From Actinomycetes bacterium (lineage in GTDB: Bacteria > Actinomycetota > Actinomycetes > JAHEKZ01), in NCBI GenBank assembly GCA_049282455.1, contig JBAPUB010000246.1, positions 1 through 53,604 of the forward strand: a stretch of 53,604 nt of DNA, in the 5' to 3' direction. Made by a program: the position numbers and the translations under genes. The notes below the pieces were generated by a model. The model saw only the letters and a program-made list of their open reading frames with translations, was not told the origin of the DNA and did no database searches. Of the stretch, positions 17,853 to 26,296 are shown piece by piece (within the stretch, counting starts at the first letter, position 1; each line of letters opens with the position of its first letter).

Positions 17853-19106
17853 ATGACGCATGACACGGCCGAGTCCGTCCGGCAGGTCGACGCAGTACGG
17901 TGCGGCCGGTTCGTCGACGTCCGGAAGGGAACGGTTCTCGACGACGTCACCCTCGTTCTCGAGGGTGACCGCGTGGCGGCGGTCGAGCAAGGGACGCCAG
18001 CAATGCCTGAGGGCGCGCACGTCCTCGACCTGAGCGACTGCCTGGTGGCACCCGGCCTGGTCGACCTGCACAGCCACCTGGTGGGCGTCATCGAGGGTGG
18101 CTCCTACGCGGAGATCCTCACCAAGAGCGAGGCCGACGAGGCGTTGATCGGCGTCAAGCATGCCCGCGACACGTTGCGGGCCGGATTCACCTCGGTGCGT
18201 GACGTCGGCACGTTCCGGGCCTTCGCCGACGTTGCGCTCAAGCGCGGGATCGAAGCGGGGTGGTTCGAGGGACCTCGCATGCGCTGCGCCGGTGCCTACA
18301 TCACGACCGACGGCGGGGGTGGCGGAGTCACCGGCTTCGCCCACGACATCGACCTCCCCCGATCGCTTCGGTACGGGGTGAGCAACTCGCCCGACGAGGT
18401 GCGGCGCAACGTCCGTCTGCTGCTCGGCGGTGGAGCCGACTTCATCAAGGTGATCGGGACCGGGGCCGTGCTCGCTCCGGGCACGACTCCAGGCGCCCCC
18501 GAGTTCTCCGAGGCCGAGTTCCGGGCCGCGGTCGAGGAGGCCGCGCTCTACGGAACCTTCGTTGCCACGCACGCCCACGGTGCGGAAGGGATCAAGCGCG
18601 CCGTTCGCGCCGGCGTCCGCTCGATCGAGCACGGCTCGTTCGCCGACGAGGAGTCTCTGCAGCTAATGGCCGAGGCGGGCACCTACCTGGTCGCCGACGT
18701 CTGGTGCGGCGACTGGATCGACGAGACCGGACGCCGTGACGGCTGGCCCGAGGCCACGCTGCAGAAGAACACCGACAGCACCGAGACCCAGCGAGCCGCG
18801 TTCTCCCGAGCCGTAGAGCTCGGAGTCCGGATCGGGTTCGGCACCGACTCCGGCGTCTACCCCCACGGCATGAACGCCAAGCAGCTGGCCGTCATGGTGC
18901 GGCTGGGTCTGTCACCCGTCAACGCGCTGCGATCGGCAACCCTGTGGGCTGCCGAGTGCATGGACGACGACCTCGTGGGCTCGCTCGAGCCGGGCCGGTA
19001 CGCCGACCTCGTCGCCGTTGGTGGTCACGACCTCGGGAACCTGGCCGTGTTCGCCGACGACGTGCGGGTCGTGGTCAAGGGCGGTCGGGTGGTACGCGGA
19101 GGGTGA
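17853..19106 (+). CDS. Metal-dependent amidohydrolase (COG1228-like, imidazolonepropionase/Xaa-Pro dipeptidase-related)
   Basis: The ATG lies 9 nt after the oleD stop. Metal ligand motifs are GLVDLHSHL, HAHG, IEHG and GTDSGV. The 3' end overlaps the tRNA-Ser 3' end by 10 nt on the opposite strand. Confidence 0.8.
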   Translation: MTHDTAESVRQVDAVRCGRFVDVRKGTVLDDVTLVLEGDRVAAVEQGTPAMPEGAHVLDLSDCLVAPGLVDLHSHLVGVIEGGSYAEILTKSEADEALIGVKHARDTLRAGFTSVRDVGTFRAFADVALKRGIEAGWFEGPRMRCAGAYITTDGGGGGVTGFAHDIDLPRSLRYGVSNSPDEVRRNVRLLLGGGADFIKVIGTGAVLAPGTTPGAPEFSEAEFRAAVEEAALYGTFVATHAHGAEGIKRAVRAGVRSIEHGSFADEESLQLMAEAGTYLVADVWCGDWIDETGRRDGWPEATLQKNTDSTETQRAAFSRAVELGVRIGFGTDSGVYPHGMNAKQLAVMVRLGLSPVNALRSATLWAAECMDDDLVGSLEPGRYADLVAVGGHDLGNLAVFADDVRVVVKGGRVVRGG

Positions 19107-19181
19107 GGGATTTGAACCCCCGGATGCTTGCGCATCTCCCGCTTTCAAGGCGGGTGCATTCGGCCGCTCTGCCAACCCTCC
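19097..19181 (-). tRNA. tRNA-Ser (anticodon TGA), long variable arm, no encoded CCA
   Basis: The reverse complement is GGAGGGTTGGCAGAGCGGCCGAATGCACCCGCCTTGAAAGCGGGAGATGCGCAAGCATCCGGGGGTTCAAATCCCTCACCCTCCG. Anticodon stem is CCCGC/GCGGG and the loop is CTTGAAA. Confidence 0.9.
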
Positions 19182-19633
19182 CGGGTCACCGCATTCTGCC
19201 GTACGCCGCCCTCGTCGTGCTCGGGCTGTGCCTCTCGCTGTCGACCCAAGCCACGGACTGTCGGTCAAAGACGGTCGCCGCAGACGAGCCGGGTCAGTTC
19301 TGCGACGAGCAGGGAGGCATGTACCGGCTGGGGCCGACCGCGATCGACGCGGCGAGCGTCTCCACCGCTGAGGCTGTGGTGGTCGCGGGATCCACGTCGG
19401 ACGTGGTGCAGATCCAGTTCGACGACTCGGGCACCACCGTCTTCGCCGCCCTCACCGCGGCGCTTGTGCGCAAAGGTCCGCCACGGAACCAGCTGGCCAT
19501 CGTGGTCGACCGAACCGTCGTCTCAGCGCCAGAAGTCCAGGAAGAGATCACCAGCGGCATGGCCCAGATCGTGGGCGGCTTCACCGCCGCCGAGGCGCAG
19601 GCGCTGGCGGACCGGCTCCAACCGACCGGATGA
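19124..19633 (+). CDS. Small exported protein resembling the SecD P1-head subdomain (stand-alone)
   Basis: The C-terminal LAIVVDRTVVSAPEVQEEITSGMAQIVGGFTAAEAQALADRL resembles the SecD periplasmic head motif. The hydrophobic segment is YAALVVLGLCLSLSTQA. The start is unresolved. The only canonical in-frame starts upstream of that helix (ATG 19124, GTG 19154) lie antisense inside the tRNA-Ser gene. The next one, GTG 19217, falls inside the hydrophobic segment. Confidence 0.5.
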   Translation: MLAHLPLSRRVHSAALPTLPGHRILPYAALVVLGLCLSLSTQATDCRSKTVAADEPGQFCDEQGGMYRLGPTAIDAASVSTAEAVVVAGSTSDVVQIQFDDSGTTVFAALTAALVRKGPPRNQLAIVVDRTVVSAPEVQEEITSGMAQIVGGFTAAEAQALADRLQPTG

Positions 19634-19642
19634 AGTGGGGCG

Positions 19643-20107
19643 TCACAGGTCCTTGGCGTAGCAGCGGTTGGCCGGCTCGTCGCGGTAGAAGCCGAACCCC
19701 GGGATCGGCTGGTAGCCGCTCGACTCGTACAGCGCCATCGCCTCGGGCTGCTTGGTCCCCGACTCCATGAGAACCCGGCGGTAGCCGAGCTCTCGCGCCT
19801 CGTCCTCCAGCGAGGCGAGCAGCAGCCGAGACAGACCCTGTCCGCGGAACGGAGATCTCACGAACATCCGTTTGCCTTCGACCTGCTCGTCGTCGTGGCG
19901 ACGAAGACCACCGCAGCCGACCGGCTCGCCGTCGCGATAGGCGACGAGGAACGACCCGGACGGCGGCGCGAACTCGTCGGGATCCACCGGAGTCTCGTCG
20001 CGGCCCCCGTACCGAATGACGTACTCCGCCTGCAGCTCCTCGATGAGGGCGTGCACCTGCGCATCGTCGTACCTGCGCCGACGCACGACGAACGCTGGGT
20101 CAGCCAC
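19643..20107 (-). CDS. GNAT-family N-acetyltransferase
   Basis: 154 aa with the acetyl-CoA binding motif RSPFRGQGLSRLLL and the typical GNAT fold length. Confidence 0.8.
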   Translation of the reverse strand: MADPAFVVRRRRYDDAQVHALIEELQAEYVIRYGGRDETPVDPDEFAPPSGSFLVAYRDGEPVGCGGLRRHDDEQVEGKRMFVRSPFRGQGLSRLLLASLEDEARELGYRRVLMESGTKQPEAMALYESSGYQPIPGFGFYRDEPANRCYAKDL

Positions 20108-20180
20108 GCTCGAGGATCCTCCGGTGTCGTGTCGAGGCCGTCACCGGCCTACAGTCACACCACACGGTAGGCACCGGCCC

Positions 20181-20816
20181 ATGAGGGGGCAGATCCGGGT
20201 GATCGAGTTCGATGCGATCGTCCTCGCGGGTGGTGGTGCACGCCGCTTCGGGTCGGACAAGCTCGCCCACGACATCGACGGACGCCCGCTGCTCGACCGT
20301 GCGCTGGACGCCGTCACCGGGGCGCGAACCGTGGTCGTGGTCGGGCCGCGGCGGGCGACCGAGCGAACCGTGGTCTGGGCCCAGGAGGAGCCGCCTGGTG
20401 GCGGTCCCCTTGCCGGCATCGCGGCCGGGCTGCCCCTGATCCGCAGCCGGTACGTGCTGCTGCTCGCCGGCGACATGCCCCGGGCCGCGACGGCGGTCAA
20501 CCAGCTCGTCGACGTCCTCGCAGGCTCGAACAACCCGAGCGTCCCGAGCACCTCGGGGGCTACCGACCCGGTCCGCGCCATGGTCGACCGTCACGACCGC
20601 CTCCAGCCCCTGACGGCGCTGTGGCCGTGCGACGTTCTGACTCGCCGGCTCCGCGAGCTCGGTGACGTGCAGGGTCTGGCCGTGATGCGGCTCTACGACC
20701 AGGGCGAGGTCGTTCGCGTGAGGGCGACGCAGGAAGCCACCCTGCTCGACGTCGACACACCCGCCGACCTTCCCCAGGGCGGCCCTGAGGTCAGGGCGTC
20801 GTCCGACCCCGCCTGA
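20181..20816 (+). CDS. mobA: Molybdenum cofactor guanylyltransferase-like nucleotidyltransferase
   Basis: ATG at 20181. The signature is AIVLAGGGARRFGSDKL with GGGPLAGI downstream. The ORF extension back to 20016 overlaps the GNAT start and was rejected. Confidence 0.65.
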   Translation: MRGQIRVIEFDAIVLAGGGARRFGSDKLAHDIDGRPLLDRALDAVTGARTVVVVGPRRATERTVVWAQEEPPGGGPLAGIAAGLPLIRSRYVLLLAGDMPRAATAVNQLVDVLAGSNNPSVPSTSGATDPVRAMVDRHDRLQPLTALWPCDVLTRRLRELGDVQGLAVMRLYDQGEVVRVRATQEATLLDVDTPADLPQGGPEVRASSDPA

Positions 20817-21576
20817 CCCACGAGGGGTCAATGCGGTCGGCGTAGGCCGCGAACCCCTCCTGGGCCTCGTCGGAGCGGAACGCGGCAGCAGACACGACGG
20901 TCGTCCACGAACGGGCCTCGTCGCGGCTCAGCGTCGGCACCCGGGTCAGCACACGCTTGGTGACCGCCAGCGCCTGCGGGCCCCCACGCCGCAGCTGCGA
21001 GACCCAGCCCTGCACGGTCGCGTCCAACGACTCGCCGCGCACGACGCGCTGCACCAGGCCGGCCTCTCGTGCCATCTCGGCACTGACCCGGTCGCCGGTC
21101 AGCATCAGCTCCGAGGCAGCAGACGGCGTGACCTTGCGCAGGACGTAGGGGGCGATGACAGCGGGGACGACACCGAGCCGCACCTCGGTGAAGGCGAACC
21201 AGGCAGAGTCGGTCGCCACCGCGAGGTCACAGGCAGCCACAAGGCCGTTGCCGCCCCCGGCGACAGGACCCTGCACGCGCGCGATGATCGGTTTCGGGTG
21301 ATCCACCATCGCCGAGAGGACGTCGGCGAAAGCACCTGCAGCATCACCGGCGAACGACTCGTCGCCGCCATCGGACGCGGCATCGAGATCCGCCCCGGAG
21401 CAGAACGCACTGCCGGCGCCGGTCACCACAACGACTCGGACCCCGGTGTCGGCGGCCAGCTCATCGAGGGCCGCCTGCAGCGCCAGCACCGTGGCCAGGT
21501 CGAGGGCGTTGCGTCGTTCCGGCCGGTTCAACGTCAAGGTCGCAACGTCGTCGTCGTGGCTGATCCGAACGGTCAT
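20791..21576 (-). CDS. Enoyl-CoA hydratase/isomerase (crotonase) family protein
   Basis: 261 aa with the crotonase pattern LTLNRPERRNAL, VVVVTGAGSAFCSGADL and GPVAGGGNGL. The start overlaps the upstream stop (ATGA, 21573..21576). Confidence 0.85.
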   Translation of the reverse strand: MTVRISHDDDVATLTLNRPERRNALDLATVLALQAALDELAADTGVRVVVVTGAGSAFCSGADLDAASDGGDESFAGDAAGAFADVLSAMVDHPKPIIARVQGPVAGGGNGLVAACDLAVATDSAWFAFTEVRLGVVPAVIAPYVLRKVTPSAASELMLTGDRVSAEMAREAGLVQRVVRGESLDATVQGWVSQLRRGGPQALAVTKRVLTRVPTLSRDEARSWTTVVSAAAFRSDEAQEGFAAYADRIDPSWVRRGRTTP

Positions 21577-23444
21577 GGCAGCTCCTCTTCGCTGGGCACG
21601 AGCACGGTCGGGATGTCGACGACTACGGCCCGCAGGTACTCGCTCAGACCCTTGCCCTGAGGGTCGAGTGCGGTGTTCTCCGCCACGCCACGACCCAGCA
21701 TCCCGCGGATGACGAAGTTGACAGCTGCGACGTTGGGCAGCTCGAAGCGGTCGACGACCAGGCCGGCAGCCTCAGGCATGAGCTCGACCAGGCGCTTGGG
21801 CGTGAGCTCGGCGCACAGCCACGCGTAGACCCGATCGCGGTCGGGGTGGTCGTTTCGCACCCAGACCCCGATGTTGGCGTTCCCGCCCTTGTCGCCCGAC
21901 CGCGCTCCGACCAGGACCCCCAGCCGGGTGGGGACGGACTCGCCGAACGTAACCGGTGGGTGCCCTGGTGGCTCGGAGGGGACGGTGGAGGTCGTGCCCG
22001 GTGAACCGGTGAAGCCCGAGGCGACTCGGGCCACCTCGACGGCCTCCTCGGCGCTGCCCGTGTCCAGGACCGGCTCGACCAGCAGGACGGTCTGCTCGAC
22101 GGCCGAGGCCGCCACGGTCGTCGGCCAGTAGACCCCGAACGGGGAGGCTTCCGGCGGCGGCCCCGGAAGGAACAGCCCGGGGACCGACGCCAACGTGAGC
22201 TCGACGGCCTTGGCCGTGAACGGCCGCCCGACCGCGTTGGGGTCGCGGCTCTTGACCGTCACCCGGAGCTCGGCCTGGGCCTGCCACAAGGAGGCCGGTC
22301 CGACCGGGACCGCCGACGGACCGGCGTCCGGACCGAGGTCGGTGTGACGGTGCAGCTGCACGTCGACCTCGTCGAAGGCCTCGCGACCGCCGTCGATCCC
22401 GTCGAACAGCTGGTCGACCACGATCTGGGCCTTGAGGTCGACGTCGGCTCCGGTGAGCACGAACGTGACTGTGTTGCGGAACCCACCCAAGTAGTTGAGG
22501 GCGACCTTCAGCCGGTCCGGAGGTGGTTCTCCCACTGTTCCGCTCACGGCGACGCGGTCGGCGCCGTCCGAGGCCAGCCGTACCGAGTCGAAGCGGCTGA
22601 CGACGTCGGGCCCCAGGTAGCGCGGGGAGTCGATCTCGTAGAGCAGCTGGGCGGTGACGGTGTCCAGGTCGACCACGCCCCCAGACCCTGGCTGCTTGGT
22701 GATCACCGAGCTTCCGTCGTCGGCGAGCTCGGCGACCGGGAACCCGACGTGGCCCAGACCCGGCACCCGGTCGAAGAAGGCGAAGTTCCCGCCGGTGACC
22801 TGGGTCCCGCACTCCACGAGGTGACCGGCCACGGTCGCGCCGGCCAGGACGTCGAGGTCGTCGGGCGACCAGCCGTGGAACCACGCGCCGGGCCCGACGA
22901 CCAGCGACGCGTCGGTGACGCGCCCGGTGATGACGACGTCAGCACCGGCGTCCAGCGCCGCCTTGATGCCGAAGGCACCCAGGTACGCGTTGGCGGTCAA
23001 GGGGGGCACACCCACCTCGCTGAACCGTTCGCCGGTGTCCAGGTTCAGCCACGACTCCCCGGAGGCGGACAGGTCGTCGATCCGCGGCACGAGGTCGTCA
23101 CCCAGCACGTAGGCGATCCGCGGTCGCAGTCCACGACGGACGGCGAGCTCCTGAAGGGCTCGGGCCAGGCCGGCGGGGTCGACGCCACCGGCGTTGGACA
23201 CGACCTTGATGCCGCGGCGCAGGCACTGGCCCAAGACGTCGTCCATCTGGTCGAGGAAGGTTCGGGCGTACCCACTGCCGGGACCTCGTTTGAGTCGAGC
23301 CCGCGCCAGGATCAGCAGGGTGAGCTCGGCCAGCCAGTCGCCGGTGAGCACGTCGAGCGGTCCCGCGGACACGACCTCACGAGCGGCAGCCAGACGGTCC
23401 CCGTAGAACCCGCTGCAGTTGGCGATCCGCACCGAACGGGCCAT
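21573..23444 (-). CDS. AtuA-like (DUF1446, acyclic terpene utilisation family) protein with C-terminal ferredoxin-fold extension
   Basis: The ATG at 23444 follows a perfect AAGGAGG. The N-terminus is VRIANCSGFYGDRL...LTGDWLAELT. The C-terminal GARSGDKGGNANIG segment is as in long AtuA homologs. Confidence 0.7.
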   Translation of the reverse strand: MARSVRIANCSGFYGDRLAAAREVVSAGPLDVLTGDWLAELTLLILARARLKRGPGSGYARTFLDQMDDVLGQCLRRGIKVVSNAGGVDPAGLARALQELAVRRGLRPRIAYVLGDDLVPRIDDLSASGESWLNLDTGERFSEVGVPPLTANAYLGAFGIKAALDAGADVVITGRVTDASLVVGPGAWFHGWSPDDLDVLAGATVAGHLVECGTQVTGGNFAFFDRVPGLGHVGFPVAELADDGSSVITKQPGSGGVVDLDTVTAQLLYEIDSPRYLGPDVVSRFDSVRLASDGADRVAVSGTVGEPPPDRLKVALNYLGGFRNTVTFVLTGADVDLKAQIVVDQLFDGIDGGREAFDEVDVQLHRHTDLGPDAGPSAVPVGPASLWQAQAELRVTVKSRDPNAVGRPFTAKAVELTLASVPGLFLPGPPPEASPFGVYWPTTVAASAVEQTVLLVEPVLDTGSAEEAVEVARVASGFTGSPGTTSTVPSEPPGHPPVTFGESVPTRLGVLVGARSGDKGGNANIGVWVRNDHPDRDRVYAWLCAELTPKRLVELMPEAAGLVVDRFELPNVAAVNFVIRGMLGRGVAENTALDPQGKGLSEYLRAVVVDIPTVLVPSEEELP

Positions 23445-23532
23445 GTCACCTCCTTGCACGCACGATCGCCGGACCGAACCCGGACCCGTTGACGAGTACC
23501 GTCTCACGACGCCGTTCGGCGCAGCGACGGCC

Positions 23533-23538
23533 TAGGGT
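23533..23538 (+). promoter_or_regulatory. Possible -10 hexamer (TAGGGT) for a leaderless qor transcript
   Basis: TAGGGT is followed by 6 nt and then the ATG at 23545. There is no Shine-Dalgarno. This is the TANNNT pattern typical of actinobacterial leaderless genes. Confidence 0.3.
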
Positions 23539-23544
23539 CTGGCC

Positions 23545-24534
23545 ATGCGTGCCGTCGTCGTTGCCGAGCCAGGGGGTCCCGAGCAGCTGCAGTGGCGCGA
23601 GGTCGCCGACCCCGGCTACTCCGACGACGAGGTGCTGGTGCAGGTCGCCGCGGCTGGGGTGAACCGTGCCGACCTGCTGCAGCGTCGGGGCCACTACCCA
23701 CCACCTGCGGGGGCGTCAGCCGTGTTGGGTCTGGAGGTCTCGGGCACAGTCGTTGCCGTCGGCGCAGCCGTGACGCGGTGGACGCCGGGAGACCAGGTGG
23801 CCGCACTCCTGGCCGGCGGAGGCTACGCCGAGCTCGTCGCCGTCCCCGGCGGGCAGCTTCTTCCGGTGCCCAGAGGCGTCGATCTCGTGACCGCAGCAGC
23901 GCTGCCGGAGGTCGCGTGCACGGTCTGGTCCAACCTCGTGTCCGTCGCGCGGGTGCAGGCGGGCGAGACATTGCTCGTCCACGGCGGCGGCTCCGGCATC
24001 GGCACCTTCGCGGTCCAGGTCGCCCGCGAGCTGGGACTGCGCGTCCTGGTGACGGTCGGCTCGACCCGTAAGGCCACCGTCGCCCTGGGACTGGGCGCTG
24101 AACACGCCATCAACTACCGCGACTCCGACTTCGTCGAGGCGGCTCGTGCCGCGACCGGCGGCCACGGCGTCGACGTGATCCTCGACGTCGTCGGGGCTGC
24201 CTACCTCGACCGCAACCTGCGAGCGCTCGCAGCTGGAGGGAGGCTGGTCGTGATCGGGCTGCAGGGCGGCACCAAGGCCGAGCTCGACCTCGGGCGGCTC
24301 CTGGCGCGGCGAGCCTCAGTCCACGGCACCACGCTGCGGGCACGACCCACGCACGAGAAGGCGCTCATCGTCGCCGACGTCGAGGCCCACGTCTGGCCGA
24401 TGCTCGAGCGCGGCAGTGTTCGCGCCGTCGTCGACCGGGTGATTCCTGCAGAGGAGGCCGCAACGGCCCACCAGGTGATGGAGGACGGCGAGAACGTCGG
24501 CAAGCTGCTGCTGCGCATGCCCGATCCCGCGTAG
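23545..24534 (+). CDS. qor: NAD(P)H:quinone oxidoreductase (zeta-crystallin/MDR family)
   Basis: 329 aa. It has the MDR pattern EVLVQVAAAGVNRADL..RRG.YPPP and the nucleotide motif VHGGGSGIGTFAVQ. Confidence 0.85.
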   Translation: MRAVVVAEPGGPEQLQWREVADPGYSDDEVLVQVAAAGVNRADLLQRRGHYPPPAGASAVLGLEVSGTVVAVGAAVTRWTPGDQVAALLAGGGYAELVAVPGGQLLPVPRGVDLVTAAALPEVACTVWSNLVSVARVQAGETLLVHGGGSGIGTFAVQVARELGLRVLVTVGSTRKATVALGLGAEHAINYRDSDFVEAARAATGGHGVDVILDVVGAAYLDRNLRALAAGGRLVVIGLQGGTKAELDLGRLLARRASVHGTTLRARPTHEKALIVADVEAHVWPMLERGSVRAVVDRVIPAEEAATAHQVMEDGENVGKLLLRMPDPA

Positions 24535-24544
24535 CCTTCCGTCC

Positions 24545-25228
24545 ATGCGCGCACTGGTCATAGCCAACACAGGGGACGACGACGCCGGCTACGTCGGCGA
24601 GCGCCTCCGCGGGCGCGACGTCGAGCTGGTCATCGGGTACCGGGACAGCCCCGGCGGCCTGCCCTCCACACTCGACGGTTTCGACCTCGTCGTGATGCTC
24701 GGCTCGGACTGGTCGACGTACTGGGAGCACCTGGCCGATGAGGTCGAGCGCGAGAGCGCCCTGGTCCGCGAAGCCGGAGTCCGCGACCTGCCCGTGCTCG
24801 GGATCTGCTACGGGGCGCAGCTGCTCGCCCACGCGCTCGGAGGCGCTGTCCACCCCGCCCAGCGCACCGAGATCGGCTGGTTCACCCTCGATACCGAGGA
24901 CGAGAACCTGGCTCCGCCCGGACCGTGGTTCGAGTTCCACATCGATGCGTTCACCCCTCCGCCGGGCGCCAAGGTGCTGGCTTGGACACTCGCTGGTCCT
25001 CAGGCGTTCCGGATCGGCCGCATGCTGGCGTGGCAGTTCCACCCTGAGGTGTCACCGGAGATCGTCCGCCGATGGGGTGCTGGCTCGCGTGACCAGGCCG
25101 AGCGGGCCGGGGTCGACCTCGCGGCCATGCTCAGTGAGACCGACGAGCAGTGCAAGACCTCGCGGGCTCGTTGCTACGCCCTCGTGGACGCCTTCCTGGA
25201 CGAGTTCGTCGGCGTCAACGCCCGCTGA
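24545..25228 (+). CDS. Class I glutamine amidotransferase-like protein
   Basis: Starts 10 nt after qor. The nucleophile elbow is PVLGICYGAQLLA and a late WQFHPE His motif is present. Confidence 0.75.
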   Translation: MRALVIANTGDDDAGYVGERLRGRDVELVIGYRDSPGGLPSTLDGFDLVVMLGSDWSTYWEHLADEVERESALVREAGVRDLPVLGICYGAQLLAHALGGAVHPAQRTEIGWFTLDTEDENLAPPGPWFEFHIDAFTPPPGAKVLAWTLAGPQAFRIGRMLAWQFHPEVSPEIVRRWGAGSRDQAERAGVDLAAMLSETDEQCKTSRARCYALVDAFLDEFVGVNAR

Positions 25229-26234
25229 CGACGGTCTCGTAGAAGTTGATGGCCATCGTGGGCCTCATCCCGACAGACTCGTACAGCGCGGTCGCTCCAG
25301 TCGTGTTCTCGCTGTCGACACCGAGCATCGCCGCGGTGAGACCCCGACGCCGGAACTCCTCGAAAGCCGTCTGAAGCAGCGCCCGCGCCACACCCCGCCC
25401 ACGGAACGGCGGCAGCACCCCGAGCGTGGGTACGTACCCGGCGCCCTCGTCGGTTCGCGACTGGTCGCCGACGAGCAGCCCGACGGGGACCGCCTCGAGC
25501 TCGCCGACCCACCACTGGGTCGGGTCGTAGACCGGCGAGGACGCGTTCTTCTCCCACACCTGCTCGAACGTGTGCTCGACGAAGCCGTGGTGCTCGCGGA
25601 AGGTCTCGTTCATCAGGTGCACGGCCAGTCGGCGGTCGTCGTCGTCATCGGCGTCCAGGATTCTGGCCGTGAAGCCCTCAGGTCGGTCGACGACGATGGG
25701 GGAGTCCGGGTCCAGCACCACCTTCATCCGCCAGTAGACCCGCTGCAGGGACAGGCCGACGTCAGTCAGGACCTCGATCTGCCTCGTCTCGTCCGCATAG
25801 CTTCCCGACGACACCTGGACCGAGGGGCGCCCGCTCTCCCGCAGCTGCTCACGGATGCGAGCCAGGCAGGTGGCCGCGACCCACCCACCCACGGCGCGGT
25901 ACGTGGGGTCGTCGAGGTCCGGGTGCAGGTAGAAGTCGATGAAGGCTCGATCCGGATGGGCGTCCAGCGCCATCGCGAACGCCGCAACCTGACCGTTGAC
26001 GTCGTGGACCAGCCACGTGTCGCGAACGAGGTCCATCGTCGGCGCGGTCAGGCTCTCGAGGACCTCGTCTCGGGTCACGTCCGGCTCCCCGATCGCAGCG
26101 AGCGAGGATGCCGCCATCACGGCCATGACCTCATCGGCGTCGTCGAGGCGGCACGGCCGCACCGTCGAACCGGCGGGGAGCCCGACGTCAGCTGGGTACC
26201 CCGGGCTCGACCCGGGGGATGGAGTGGCAGTCAC
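25215..26234 (-). CDS. Two-lobed GNAT acetyltransferase (MshD-like architecture)
   Basis: The C-terminal GNAT motif is LGVLPPFRGRGVARALL, with an N-terminal degenerate GNAT half. The start is uncertain: GTG 26234 or GTG 26162. ATG 26333 would overlap the bpa start. Confidence 0.6.
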   Translation of the reverse strand: MTATPSPGSSPGYPADVGLPAGSTVRPCRLDDADEVMAVMAASSLAAIGEPDVTRDEVLESLTAPTMDLVRDTWLVHDVNGQVAAFAMALDAHPDRAFIDFYLHPDLDDPTYRAVGGWVAATCLARIREQLRESGRPSVQVSSGSYADETRQIEVLTDVGLSLQRVYWRMKVVLDPDSPIVVDRPEGFTARILDADDDDDRRLAVHLMNETFREHHGFVEHTFEQVWEKNASSPVYDPTQWWVGELEAVPVGLLVGDQSRTDEGAGYVPTLGVLPPFRGRGVARALLQTAFEEFRRRGLTAAMLGVDSENTTGATALYESVGMRPTMAINFYETVVSGR

Positions 26235-26296
26235 AGGGACCACCGTGCCCGGACCCCCGGCTGTCGTCCAGCGACTTACCGGGACAAGATGGACGC

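Noticed and set aside
19643-20107. GNAT acetyltransferase as the toxin of a GNAT/RHH-type toxin-antitoxin pair
   Set aside because: There is no small upstream or overlapping antitoxin ORF. The gene stands alone between convergent and divergent neighbours, and its size and motifs fit an ordinary metabolic GNAT.
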